A stretch of DNA of 64,000 nt, taken from an uncultured bacterium (GTDB lineage: Bacteria > Babelota > Babeliae > Babelales > Vermiphilaceae). The position numbers and the translations under genes are program-made. Positions within the stretch are counted from its first letter, which is position 1. The number at the start of each line of letters is the position of its first letter. The notes under the pieces are model-generated. The model did no database searches. It saw only the letters and a program-made list of their open reading frames with translations, and was not told the DNA's origin. The stretch lies in assembly GCA_963702025.1 (NCBI GenBank), contig OY969699.1, forward strand, positions 160,001 through 224,000, read 5' to 3'. Shown here in pieces: positions 28,401-36,654 of the stretch.

Positions 28401-31400
28401 CGCAAAGCGATTACAGAAAAATTAGAAGAAATTCCGGTCAGTCTCGAATATCAAAATACATTAACAGCGAGTATCGAGAATTTAAATATTCCTTCCACGT
28501 TAGTAGACTCATTGGTTGCGTATCTTAATATAAGAGATGAATCAAAATTGACCGAAAGTAATAAAAAATCTTACTTCGAATTCAGAAATTCGATGCTTGG
28601 GATGTATAAGCATTATTTTAAAATTAATGATAATGATATTGCCTATAATTATGGCTATGGCGATCGCGTTAAAGCCATTCATCCGACTAATGATGTCACC
28701 GGTAATGAATTAATAACATTGCTGCAAAAAATTGATCCTAACCCGACTTTATACAATAAGCTTTTAGAATTCCAGATTACTGATTTCATTTTCCAAACTA
28801 ATAGCATGGTAAAATCCCAGGATCTCTTAAATAAAAAATTTTACGTGCCATCGCTGTTCGCAAATACTCCTGTCTCAATACTTGCTTATCTTTTAAAAAG
28901 CGGTGTGCATGAAAATATCATAAAAATTATTCTTCAAGATTCACGCAATAGCGCTGAGTTAATGTACATTTCATATTTAATAGCTTTATTGCATTCTAAT
29001 CCTACTATTAAACTGTTGTTACGGAATGAAAATAAAGAAATAGAAAACAATTTAAAAGTTATTATTAAAACATTGATCCAAGAAAAAGTTGATCAGGATA
29101 GAATTATCAAAATTTATAATGAAAATAGATCAAAAAATTCAATAAAAGAACGACTAGAATCTTTCTCTACTGAACCTATCGCTAAAAACATTCAAAGCTA
29201 TTTAGCCGATTTAGCACAAAATTCAGTCAACTTTGCGCGCAAACAATCGTTTGTCGCATCTAAATTAAAATTACCAGATACAAAAAAATTCACTCTCAAA
29301 CAATTGATTAATGCCCACTGCACCGGCACCGGACTGAGTGCATTGTTACCCATTAATGATCCAAACATTAAAAGAACGCCAGCGCAATTAAACAGCATTA
29401 TTGAACATATAAACAAACAAGAGAATGAATTAGAATTTGGCAAAATCGAACAATCGGTTGAAGCAGGGAGTGAAAAGAGCCCGGTATGCGGCACTATAAC
29501 TGAATGTTTACAAAATTCGATTGACTCGGTAAAACAGTTTATTACATCAATGCAACAGAATAAAACTGAAATAAGAGAATCTTTAAAAGCACGATATAGC
29601 ACCACTTCTAAGGTGCTCGACGCAGTATCTTCAATAGAATTTTCTTTAGCAACGATACCTTCCAAAATCGATAATAATAACCATCTCTCTTTAACAATAA
29701 GGGACCATATCGGTTTTGCAACCTTAAAATCGTTAATTACCGATTTTCTCTTGCCGGATTACAGCAACAAAAGACCTGATTTAGGAAACGTTGGCGATAT
29801 GGGCAATGGTTCATTTAAAATGTATCAACAGGCAGAATTTGTTTCGATTATTACCCGGCCCGTTGAGGACCCAACAAAAGTGTATATGTTAACCATTGTT
29901 CCTTTAAGAAATAAATTAACCAATCGCGTTGAGGATTTATCAATTACTCTCCGTGATATTACCGCTCAAGTTCCTAAAACTCTTTTTGGCACAACGATCC
30001 GCATAGTGTTCTTACCTGAACCAAGTAATAGAAATGATATTAATTTATTGTATGTTAAAGATTTCTTAACCAATACCGTTGGCGCCACCGATATCACATT
30101 GCCCCATGGGAAAAAAATAACTATTTATCTGAAGAATGGAAAAGAAGCAATCTTATTAAATAAACCCACAAAAACTGTTTTCCAAACAGTGTACCCGGAA
30201 ACCGGCAAAGTTAAATTTAAAGTAAATCAGCGCGAGAGTGATTACTTGCAAAGCTTTATAACTACCGGAGGCGTTCCCTTTAGAACCTTGCCTTCTTTAT
30301 GTAAACAGATGAATTTATTGCCAACTAATTTTATTACCGATTTTAGTTTCGGCTACCTTGTGGATTTGGATATAAACAGCTATGAACCGGTTCAAAGTAG
30401 AACATTGCTACAAATGAACAAAGAAAATCATATCCAATTAAAACAGGCGCTCCTTGATGCCTATTTTATCATTGGCTTGCACAAAGGCATCAATAATTCA
30501 AATTATTTTGACAAAGTATTTACCCATTTTGGCAGTTCGTGCCATTCATTAGAACAAGTTAGCTTAAGCTCTCAACTCAATGAGACATGCAATGAGATGA
30601 TAAACAACTTTTTAAATTCCAACTCAGTTACCACGATGGAACCGGAACTCTTCTTTACCTATTACAAACCTTCATGGGCGGACAAGAGTTTTTATCACCA
30701 TATCAAAGAGGTGTATGATACGATTCTGGACAGCGTGAATGCGCAGATAAAAGAAAATAAGAGGCTTATTGAAGAGTGGCACACCAAAAATAAAAATGAC
30801 CTCACCACCATCGCTACCAGCGAAGATAAAGCATTGGCAGAACAATTAAAGGAAAAATTAGCAAATGAGTTTAAGCCATTGAGAGAAAAATGTGCCCACG
30901 CAATTGAGACTATTTTTAACAATTGGAAATTCCAATTTAAAACATCAAAAAATGAAACTGCAAATCTTTTTGAAACAAACGTTGTAATACCATGGGTGTT
31001 TAAAAAGGCTGAGGGAATTAGTACCGGCTTTAAAAATGCACTAATGGAAATACCGACAATAAACAAAGATGGGGGAAAAAATAAATCTTCTTCTGCTGAA
31101 TCCATATATTCTCATAATTTAAACATAGTCTCGTTATTTAACGACTTAATGAAGCATAGTCTTTTGAGTTATTGTAATTTATTTTTAAACAAAATAGGCG
31201 TAACAGATATACAAAACAAACTAAGTAATGCCTCTTTTTATTACAATCCCTACCAATTAACAAGTGGATTTTACGTCCCAAAAACTAAAGAATTAAAAAT
31301 CAATTTAGCATTTGTCTCAGTCGCAGATTATTTTGAGATGTTGATTAGAATATTAGAAAACGATGCTACCGGGATCAGGTTAAATAAAACCTATAATGAG

Positions 31401-31754
31401 TTATTTGCAAATAATGCCGGCAATGAGGCAACGTTGACCCATGAGCTTGAGCATGCACGGCGCGAGGATAGCCACAATGGCCCCCACGGCCCTGGATTGG
31501 ATGCTGAGGGAAATATGTCTAATTTTAGACAATGCGCTAATAGTTTTAGTAGAAAAGCCCAAGAGGCCGGGTTACTGCAAGACTGGATAGCGGATATTCG
31601 GAATTTCTACAATAGTAAAGTTGATGCCCGTAACCGCGATTCTGAAAAGGAAAGTATGAAAAAATACGCTTTAAGCAACGTGAGAAGAGTTGAAGCTGAA
31701 AATAAAATATCTCTCATGCAAGAATTGGGATATTTATTCGGGGCTAAGTTGTAA
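25491..31754 (+). CDS. 2087 aa secreted protein with two GHKL (Hsp90-like) ATPase modules and a C-terminal HEXXH motif
   Basis: Signal peptide (likely start 25503); LEIVVNAFDA..VGKFGMGFFS and TECLQNSIDS..RDHIGF..VGDMGNGSF; THELEHAR..HGP; ends AKL. Confidence 0.75.
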   Translation: MKVIMKFSIKITVFLCLIGLQAYASEKQSSIALTRAQQLMGHIAPSVDIPGNLNSTAHQRIDGILGHIAPELQEYPFDVELNQCAGISQDAIDIFQKRLIEKKEIKLPLNTIIEWNLSGNHQFFIDSLNGKSSEINPTRTAMAKKWVRNASTRIFNDLNRSFLEIVVNAFDAMLPEDQSVGKFGMGFFSLLSFLDLIETDGAIIAIDTTALDKNGKPFTFTMHIEKNTAQDIYVTFKLQETPNTQTGSKIAILPKNTAKSFSPGTIENIYRYLHFLQFYENGTINLTIERNGTLQNEKLCAGTNTTAIAQVALSSQELSATDKGSGITVPVALTKLLVPSSSSKGNIKIKSLEDAKKEALNNISKPQLVNFKGKTKENLNYSHFLIKINGVVVIAIPNKQKEIENQIVDSTGHIKDLLISMPQITQLTLARNEIYINPDGKSFEETYLKKVIENAINTILLINDSTDQKTLVENQLLISALYNAFDYWEKQTAAEHVNGLFTSYIKEVLAKLLESKKNIFPVHPLFYSMTKSICDTFLGTTNQQCTLLPIDASIVSYSYSKLENFLKAQFLTKASKIENPTHKSLFLKGINQELIAGKIILFVPEDVLKNKTGKPTITDAGLRQTLFIPISFLQQSTNEDALTNKIINYFTQTILSSYNKNPENSHQKVFLINKDKAGDFYCSRLYDLPNDKITFLTQNQSQLADEFLNTHKELIKNLQLPDENRNSILRFIECYGKDCKEAFHRHSEDNEKFEYNIDIFHPAIATVDHLVVQFRKFFTAFKNIHNGQRDALLEGPFRDDEFPHVFCKILENTIFFDEATNTFHKFDNAKAKRLFINEFRTNQAFKELAQLNAPEYFSRRFEAEAKPLLLKLIKDNNLLGEKINSLNLVNFIFYKLLQNSELRTRDYILEYNHNIEIFPKLDKNLIALENLFLSLVSRKNYENFYWRNYVEPILSKNISVQSKGLNKELVRKAITEKLEEIPVSLEYQNTLTASIENLNIPSTLVDSLVAYLNIRDESKLTESNKKSYFEFRNSMLGMYKHYFKINDNDIAYNYGYGDRVKAIHPTNDVTGNELITLLQKIDPNPTLYNKLLEFQITDFIFQTNSMVKSQDLLNKKFYVPSLFANTPVSILAYLLKSGVHENIIKIILQDSRNSAELMYISYLIALLHSNPTIKLLLRNENKEIENNLKVIIKTLIQEKVDQDRIIKIYNENRSKNSIKERLESFSTEPIAKNIQSYLADLAQNSVNFARKQSFVASKLKLPDTKKFTLKQLINAHCTGTGLSALLPINDPNIKRTPAQLNSIIEHINKQENELEFGKIEQSVEAGSEKSPVCGTITECLQNSIDSVKQFITSMQQNKTEIRESLKARYSTTSKVLDAVSSIEFSLATIPSKIDNNNHLSLTIRDHIGFATLKSLITDFLLPDYSNKRPDLGNVGDMGNGSFKMYQQAEFVSIITRPVEDPTKVYMLTIVPLRNKLTNRVEDLSITLRDITAQVPKTLFGTTIRIVFLPEPSNRNDINLLYVKDFLTNTVGATDITLPHGKKITIYLKNGKEAILLNKPTKTVFQTVYPETGKVKFKVNQRESDYLQSFITTGGVPFRTLPSLCKQMNLLPTNFITDFSFGYLVDLDINSYEPVQSRTLLQMNKENHIQLKQALLDAYFIIGLHKGINNSNYFDKVFTHFGSSCHSLEQVSLSSQLNETCNEMINNFLNSNSVTTMEPELFFTYYKPSWADKSFYHHIKEVYDTILDSVNAQIKENKRLIEEWHTKNKNDLTTIATSEDKALAEQLKEKLANEFKPLREKCAHAIETIFNNWKFQFKTSKNETANLFETNVVIPWVFKKAEGISTGFKNALMEIPTINKDGGKNKSSSAESIYSHNLNIVSLFNDLMKHSLLSYCNLFLNKIGVTDIQNKLSNASFYYNPYQLTSGFYVPKTKELKINLAFVSVADYFEMLIRILENDATGIRLNKTYNELFANNAGNEATLTHELEHARREDSHNGPHGPGLDAEGNMSNFRQCANSFSRKAQEAGLLQDWIADIRNFYNSKVDARNRDSEKESMKKYALSNVRRVEAENKISLMQELGYLFGAKL

Positions 31755-31789
31755 AATGCTTTTTTCGAACCTAGTTTTGAATATTAAAC

Positions 31790-31834
31790 CCGCATGGTTC
31801 GATACGCTCGCTATGCTCGCACTCACCCGAGCGG
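31790..31834. repeat. Palindromic repeat unit (same family as 4692, 5069, 9215, 47636, 47768)
   Basis: ccgcatggttcgatacgctcgctatgctcgcactcacccgagcgg. Confidence 0.85.
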
Positions 31835-31868
31835 TTTTAGTATTATTTTTATTAATCCTTTAAAGAAC

Positions 31869-32052
31869 TGGCTGCGCCAGGCGTCCTTCGAGACCCGGCC
31901 TACGCCAAGGCTTCGGCGGGCATGGCGCAAGCTCCTCAGCTTGTCCGCCATAGCTCCAAAGGAGCGACGGCTGGAGATGACCGGAAGGACGCGTTTACTC
32001 CCGAGCCCCCGCCGAGGGGTTGCCGAGCCGGAAGGCCCGGATAAGCGAAGAC
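31869..32052. repeat. Nested GC-rich palindromic repeat cluster 3' of tmRNA copy A
   Basis: Outer gcgtccttc...gaaggacgc encloses cctacgccaaggcttcggcggg and ccgccatagctccaaaggagcgacgg hairpins. Confidence 0.7.
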
Positions 32053-32477
32053 TGGTGGAGGCGATGGGAGTCGAACCCATGTCCGCATAATATCAAACTT
32101 CAAGCACTACATGCTTAGTCTGAGCATCTACGATTTGACCAGCTTCAAAGACACAGCGCAGCCAAAAAGACAGCTTAGTATACTAGTCATGCCACAAAAC
32201 TATACAATCTTGCATGGTAGTTCCATCTTTTATAATACGTATTAGCCAAACTGACAGACACGTCCAGCTAATAAGGCATCAGCTAATTAAGCAAAAACAG
32301 GTCCGCTTTGAGCGAAATCATTAAAGCTAAAAAGTGATGTTGGAATTGAACTATAGTTCGCTTCCACTTTTGCATCTTCTGCATTTCTTATTTTGACCAA
32401 TTGTTTAACGAGCACTTAGCCAACGCTCGGCATGCTCTCAAAGCTATCAATAACACGTCGAAACCAAATACGCCCCC
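32053..32477 (-). ncRNA. ssrA: tmRNA copy A (425 nt, CCA encoded), tag (A)AEDAKVEANYSSIPTSLFSFNDFAQSGPVFA
   Basis: 5' GGGGGCGTATTTGGTTTCGAC; 3' GCGGACATGGGTTCGACTCCCATCGCCTCCACCA; G3-U70; pk1; resume context AAGAAAT-GCA; tag ORF 32382-32287; 1.25 kb downstream of smpB. Confidence 0.95.
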
Positions 32478-32540
32478 AGTAATTTCAAAGAAAAGATTAT
32501 AGTAAAACAGTAAGTAATTATTGATTATAAGTCAAATTTT

Positions 32541-33656
32541 TTAAAAAAGAGAGCACTCCTCCTTTTTTTCTTTTCTTTTAACCTTTGCTTCTTGAGCAAG
32601 AAGAGTTTTGCAATCCCAAATTCTTACTCCTTTTTCGGTATACGAACCAAATGCCAACTCTTGACCATTAGGGCTAAATGTTAACGAGCCAGCTTCGTGG
32701 CTTGCATTCTTATTGCTCGTGCTCGCCCTTATTAATTTTGCTGGCTGGTTTCCGGACAAGTCAGCAAGGAGCAAGTTTCCATCATCGATGCTCGCTGCAA
32801 AAATTGTTTGTTGATTTGGGGCAGGGTTAATGGCAAGTGCAATGGCGGATACTTTTTTCTCGGGGGCATTAGAAAGCGCCGCTGAAATCTTAGAGCCTCT
32901 TGGTGATTCCTTTTTGCCTTCTAGATTGTATACCGCTAATAATGCGGTACTACTTGCATCATAGACCTTAATATGTGACGAACAGGCAAGAAGCTTGTTA
33001 CCATTCTCAGCATAGGCAATTTTTAACTGGCCATCGCGGTCCTTTAAAGAATAATAAGCATAATCTCTTCTGCTATCCCATATTTTTACTGTGTCGTCTG
33101 CTGCACAGGTAGCGAAATGTTCCGGTTCAACAGGATGCCATTTAACTGCATGGATAGCACCTTCATGACCGTAAAATGCTCCTGCCTGTAATGTTTCTTT
33201 TTCGCGAATATCCCATATTTTTATCACACCATCTTTATAGCCCGCCAAAATGAGATTACCCTCTTTACTATAGTCCACTGCCGTTACCGGTACATTATCC
33301 TGCATCTCCCTGATGCATGCACCTTTTTCAATATCCCACATTTTAATTTTGTCATGGTCTCCGGTGGCATATTTCAATTCCCGTGGATCGGTGGCTAGTG
33401 CGACAACCGGACCGGTATTTATCCCGTCTGCTAAGCAGCTATTTTTAGCATTTCGTTTCCAAACTTTAATGGGAGAATTATTTAACTTATTATCATTGTA
33501 AGTGCCTGCAATAATGTAGGAGCCGTCATAACTATATGCCACCGATTCAACTGGGTAATTTGATTCTAAAAACGTCTTGGCCAAAGGCTCCATACACAAA
33601 ACTGCCAAGTGCGCCCAACACAACAAGCAATACATAAGAATTAAGAAATAGTTCAT
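32541..33656 (-). CDS. Secreted WD40-repeat protein with C-terminal CaaX-like motif
   Basis: Repeated IKxWD, GH..WD units; signal peptide ..VLC-ME; ends KRKEKKEECSLF. Confidence 0.85.
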   Translation of the reverse strand: MNYFLILMYCLLCWAHLAVLCMEPLAKTFLESNYPVESVAYSYDGSYIIAGTYNDNKLNNSPIKVWKRNAKNSCLADGINTGPVVALATDPRELKYATGDHDKIKMWDIEKGACIREMQDNVPVTAVDYSKEGNLILAGYKDGVIKIWDIREKETLQAGAFYGHEGAIHAVKWHPVEPEHFATCAADDTVKIWDSRRDYAYYSLKDRDGQLKIAYAENGNKLLACSSHIKVYDASSTALLAVYNLEGKKESPRGSKISAALSNAPEKKVSAIALAINPAPNQQTIFAASIDDGNLLLADLSGNQPAKLIRASTSNKNASHEAGSLTFSPNGQELAFGSYTEKGVRIWDCKTLLAQEAKVKRKEKKEECSLF

Positions 33657-33728
33657 CGCAGATCCTTTAAACCATGTTAAAAGAAATTATACTGTTAACC
33701 TTATCAAACTAATTTCATGAGTCAAAAC

Positions 33729-34187
33729 TTAGAATTTATAGCGCCCACGCAGCTCACGAGACGTCTCTCTTTTGATATCGCGCTCTTTGATGGTCTCTTT
33801 TTTATTCGCTGCTTTTTTGTGCTTCGCAACACCCAATTCTACCTTTGCAAAATTTCGGTCATTAAAATAGATCTTAAGAGGAACTATGGTAACTCCTTTA
33901 CGGGAAATATCACCGATGATGCGATTGATTTCTTTACGATTCAAAAGAAGCTTACGGCTTCGCGTAGCGTCCTCTTTTTTAGCTTGAAATGCTTGGGTGT
34001 AGGGAGTTATATTGCAATTTAATAAAAATAACTGTCCATCATGAACGGTGGCAAATGAGCCGATAAGTGATACTTTACCCGCCCGCAATGATTTAACTTC
34101 GTCACCCGTTAATACAATGCCTGCTTCTAATCGTTCAAGAATTTCATAATCAAAAAATGCTTTTTTGTTCTGTGCAACAACTTTCAT
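33729..34187 (-). CDS. smpB: SsrA-binding protein
   Basis: NKKAFFDY..EAGIVLTGDEVKSLR, R.RKLLLNRKEI. Confidence 0.97.
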   Translation of the reverse strand: MKVVAQNKKAFFDYEILERLEAGIVLTGDEVKSLRAGKVSLIGSFATVHDGQLFLLNCNITPYTQAFQAKKEDATRSRKLLLNRKEINRIIGDISRKGVTIVPLKIYFNDRNFAKVELGVAKHKKAANKKETIKERDIKRETSRELRGRYKF

Positions 34188-34199
34188 ATTTGTACCAAT

Positions 34200-34655
34200 T
34201 TATTGTCGAATGACACGATGGAAAAAATGGAGTAACAATGGGTATGCAATAAGCGCGACGGCCAAACCAAGAACATGGCCGCCAATAAGAAATGCCCACA
34301 AAGAAAGGTTGGGTATCCCGAGGCAGGCGAGCTTCACATTGAGCCAGTTCATCCAGGTGGGATTATAGGCAAATAGATCAATGCCCAGCTGACGCGCAAT
34401 AAAAGTTCCTACGGCATAGTCTGCCAAATAAATAGGCACCATGGTGAGTGGGTTATTAACCACGTGTGCTGCCGCATACATCACCCCAAAGTTAAGGCGA
34501 AAGGCCCAGGCAAAAATAATGGTCAAGAGCCAATGAATCCCAAGAAGGGGGGAAAAAGCAATAAAAATCCCGAAGGATGAAGCAAGTGCAAGCTTTTGGG
34601 GGGTCCGCTCACCCAAAATCAACTGCTTACCAGTGTGGATCATTTTCTTTATCAT
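34200..34655 (-). CDS. DUF2062-like membrane protein
   Basis: TPQKLALASSFGIFIAFSP.LG.H, NPLT..PIY. Confidence 0.8.
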   Translation of the reverse strand: MIKKMIHTGKQLILGERTPQKLALASSFGIFIAFSPLLGIHWLLTIIFAWAFRLNFGVMYAAAHVVNNPLTMVPIYLADYAVGTFIARQLGIDLFAYNPTWMNWLNVKLACLGIPNLSLWAFLIGGHVLGLAVALIAYPLLLHFFHRVIRQ

Positions 34656-34761
34656 TTTTACAACGCCAGAATTAAGAAATTTATTTTAATGTGAAAAAAT
34701 TTGCTTTTGGTATAGTATATCCTAAAGTTAGTTTAATACGCTAGGATATAGGATTGCTTAT

Positions 34762-35454
34762 ATGAATACTACAAAAATATACAAAATCGGATTGTTAAGC
34801 GTACTTGCATTCAGTGGCCCATTATACGCCTATGCCTACCCAAAAACTCTTTTTGTTGAACGCGTTATATTTCCCAGCACTCTTGAAACAGTTCCCACGA
34901 TTCGCGCATTTTATGCAGGAAGAAAAATATCGGGTGAAGTGAGCGGCAATAGTGTGACCTTCAGTTTCCCCGAAATGCGCCGCAACTTCTTCTATCTGCT
35001 TATATCTCATGATTTAGAATTTGGCTCTCCTGACAACACCATCTCCTGCCTCAAGCTCAAGAAAAATGCCAACTATAAATTTTATGCCCTTGAGCTGGTG
35101 AGTATGGAAAATAAAAAACGCAAAAGATCCTTAAATCAACCGCAATTTGATTACACCTGGAATGTGAAAGAGCTTACCTTATCACTGGCAGGCAACCGCA
35201 TTCCTGATGACACTATTATCGTGTGGTATAATCCCGATTTCATTAAAGCTTTAGAGGGCGGAAATCTTATTGAGTTTCCCAAAATTGTGATAAAGCCCGA
35301 CATTATATCGTTGCTTGGCTCTGAAGAAAAGTTGCACAACCTTTCCAACCAATATCTTCTGAGCGCACTCAATCTTGATACGATCCACGATAATATCACG
35401 CAAGAAATTGCACATACTGCCAGCCCAAAAACAATTCTTGCGCTGACCACCTAG
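34762..35454 (+). CDS. Secreted hypothetical protein
   Basis: 230 aa ORF with signal peptide, immediately upstream of tsaD. Confidence 0.65.
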   Translation: MNTTKIYKIGLLSVLAFSGPLYAYAYPKTLFVERVIFPSTLETVPTIRAFYAGRKISGEVSGNSVTFSFPEMRRNFFYLLISHDLEFGSPDNTISCLKLKKNANYKFYALELVSMENKKRKRSLNQPQFDYTWNVKELTLSLAGNRIPDDTIIVWYNPDFIKALEGGNLIEFPKIVIKPDIISLLGSEEKLHNLSNQYLLSALNLDTIHDNITQEIAHTASPKTILALTT

Positions 35455-35462
35455 GATTTACT

Positions 35463-36485
35463 ATGGCACGTTTGACCTTAGGATTAGAGACATCATGCGA
35501 TGAAACTGCCGCCGCGGTATACCATGAGCAAAAAGGCATACTTTCCAGCGCCCTCTACTCCCAAGTGGCCTCGCATGCCAAACTTGGTGGGGTGCTACCC
35601 GAAATTGCTTCCCGCAAACAACTAGAAAAGATTAATCCTATCATCAAAGAGGCTCTCTCTTGCGCGAACGTGAGCATAGATGATATTGACTACATAGCCG
35701 TTACCCATAAGCCAGGCCTTCCCGGTTCTTTGCTTGCAGGCGTCTGCTTTGCAAAAGCACTCGCCTGGTCCTCCGGTAAAAAATTGATTGGTGTTAATCA
35801 TCTTGAGGGGCATGCATTTTCGCCATTAATTGAGCATGCTGTGCCATTTGCCCATATTTGCATAACCGCATCGGGTGGCCACACGGCCATTTACCTGATT
35901 GAGGGGCTTGGCAATTATACCATGCTGGGAGAAACGGTTGATGATGCAGCCGGTGAGGCATTTGATAAAATTGCTCGTTTGATGCACTACGAATATCCGG
36001 GTGGGCCAATTATAGAAAAACTTGCGGCGCAGGTTGCATATAAAGATTTTTTTCATTACCCACGCGCCATGAGCCAGGGCCTCAACTTTAGTTTTTCAGG
36101 CCTCAAAACGGCAGTGCTCTATGATCTGGTTAAACGCAATGCGTATGATTTGGCCGCTAAAAAGTTCTTAAAAGAACATGATGAGCAATTCAAACAGCAA
36201 GTTGCCAGCTCACTCTTGGTCTGCATCACCGATATTTTCATCGCTAAAATAGAAAAAGCTCTTCAACAATGCCCTCAAGCAAAAGCGGTTACCTTTGCCG
36301 GTGGCGTTGCCTGCAATCAATTTATTAAAAAGAAATTACAAGAACTCTGCGAGAAAAAGGGGATCTCATTTTTTACCCCTTCGCCCAAATATTGCACCGA
36401 CAATGGCGCAATGATCGCCTTTGTGGGCAATTATAAAGCGCAGCAAGGCAAGTTTTCCGATTGGGACCTTGATATTTTGCGATGA
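35463..36485 (+). CDS. tsaD: tRNA N6-adenosine threonylcarbamoyltransferase
   Basis: GLETSCDET, NHLEGH, SGGHT, DDAAGEAFDK, CTDNGAMIA. Confidence 0.97.
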   Translation: MARLTLGLETSCDETAAAVYHEQKGILSSALYSQVASHAKLGGVLPEIASRKQLEKINPIIKEALSCANVSIDDIDYIAVTHKPGLPGSLLAGVCFAKALAWSSGKKLIGVNHLEGHAFSPLIEHAVPFAHICITASGGHTAIYLIEGLGNYTMLGETVDDAAGEAFDKIARLMHYEYPGGPIIEKLAAQVAYKDFFHYPRAMSQGLNFSFSGLKTAVLYDLVKRNAYDLAAKKFLKEHDEQFKQQVASSLLVCITDIFIAKIEKALQQCPQAKAVTFAGGVACNQFIKKKLQELCEKKGISFFTPSPKYCTDNGAMIAFVGNYKAQQGKFSDWDLDILR

Positions 36486-36654
36486 GCTAATCCGCCTTTC
36501 AGCCTTGGATTCGTAAAATAGATGAACAGGTAAATCAGTTACACACAAGACCGGATACTAAACCGTCAACATAAAGAATTCATTAAAATTAAAATGAAAA
36601 AACGATCACTCAATAAACAAGCACAAGAAGAAGTAAGAAAATCTCAATAATTTT

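Noticed and set aside
12906..34187. Dedicated ribosome-rescue super-cluster (alaS, pth, two ssrA, smpB)
   Set aside because: alaS and pth are separated from ssrA by unrelated genes; proximity may be chance without comparative data
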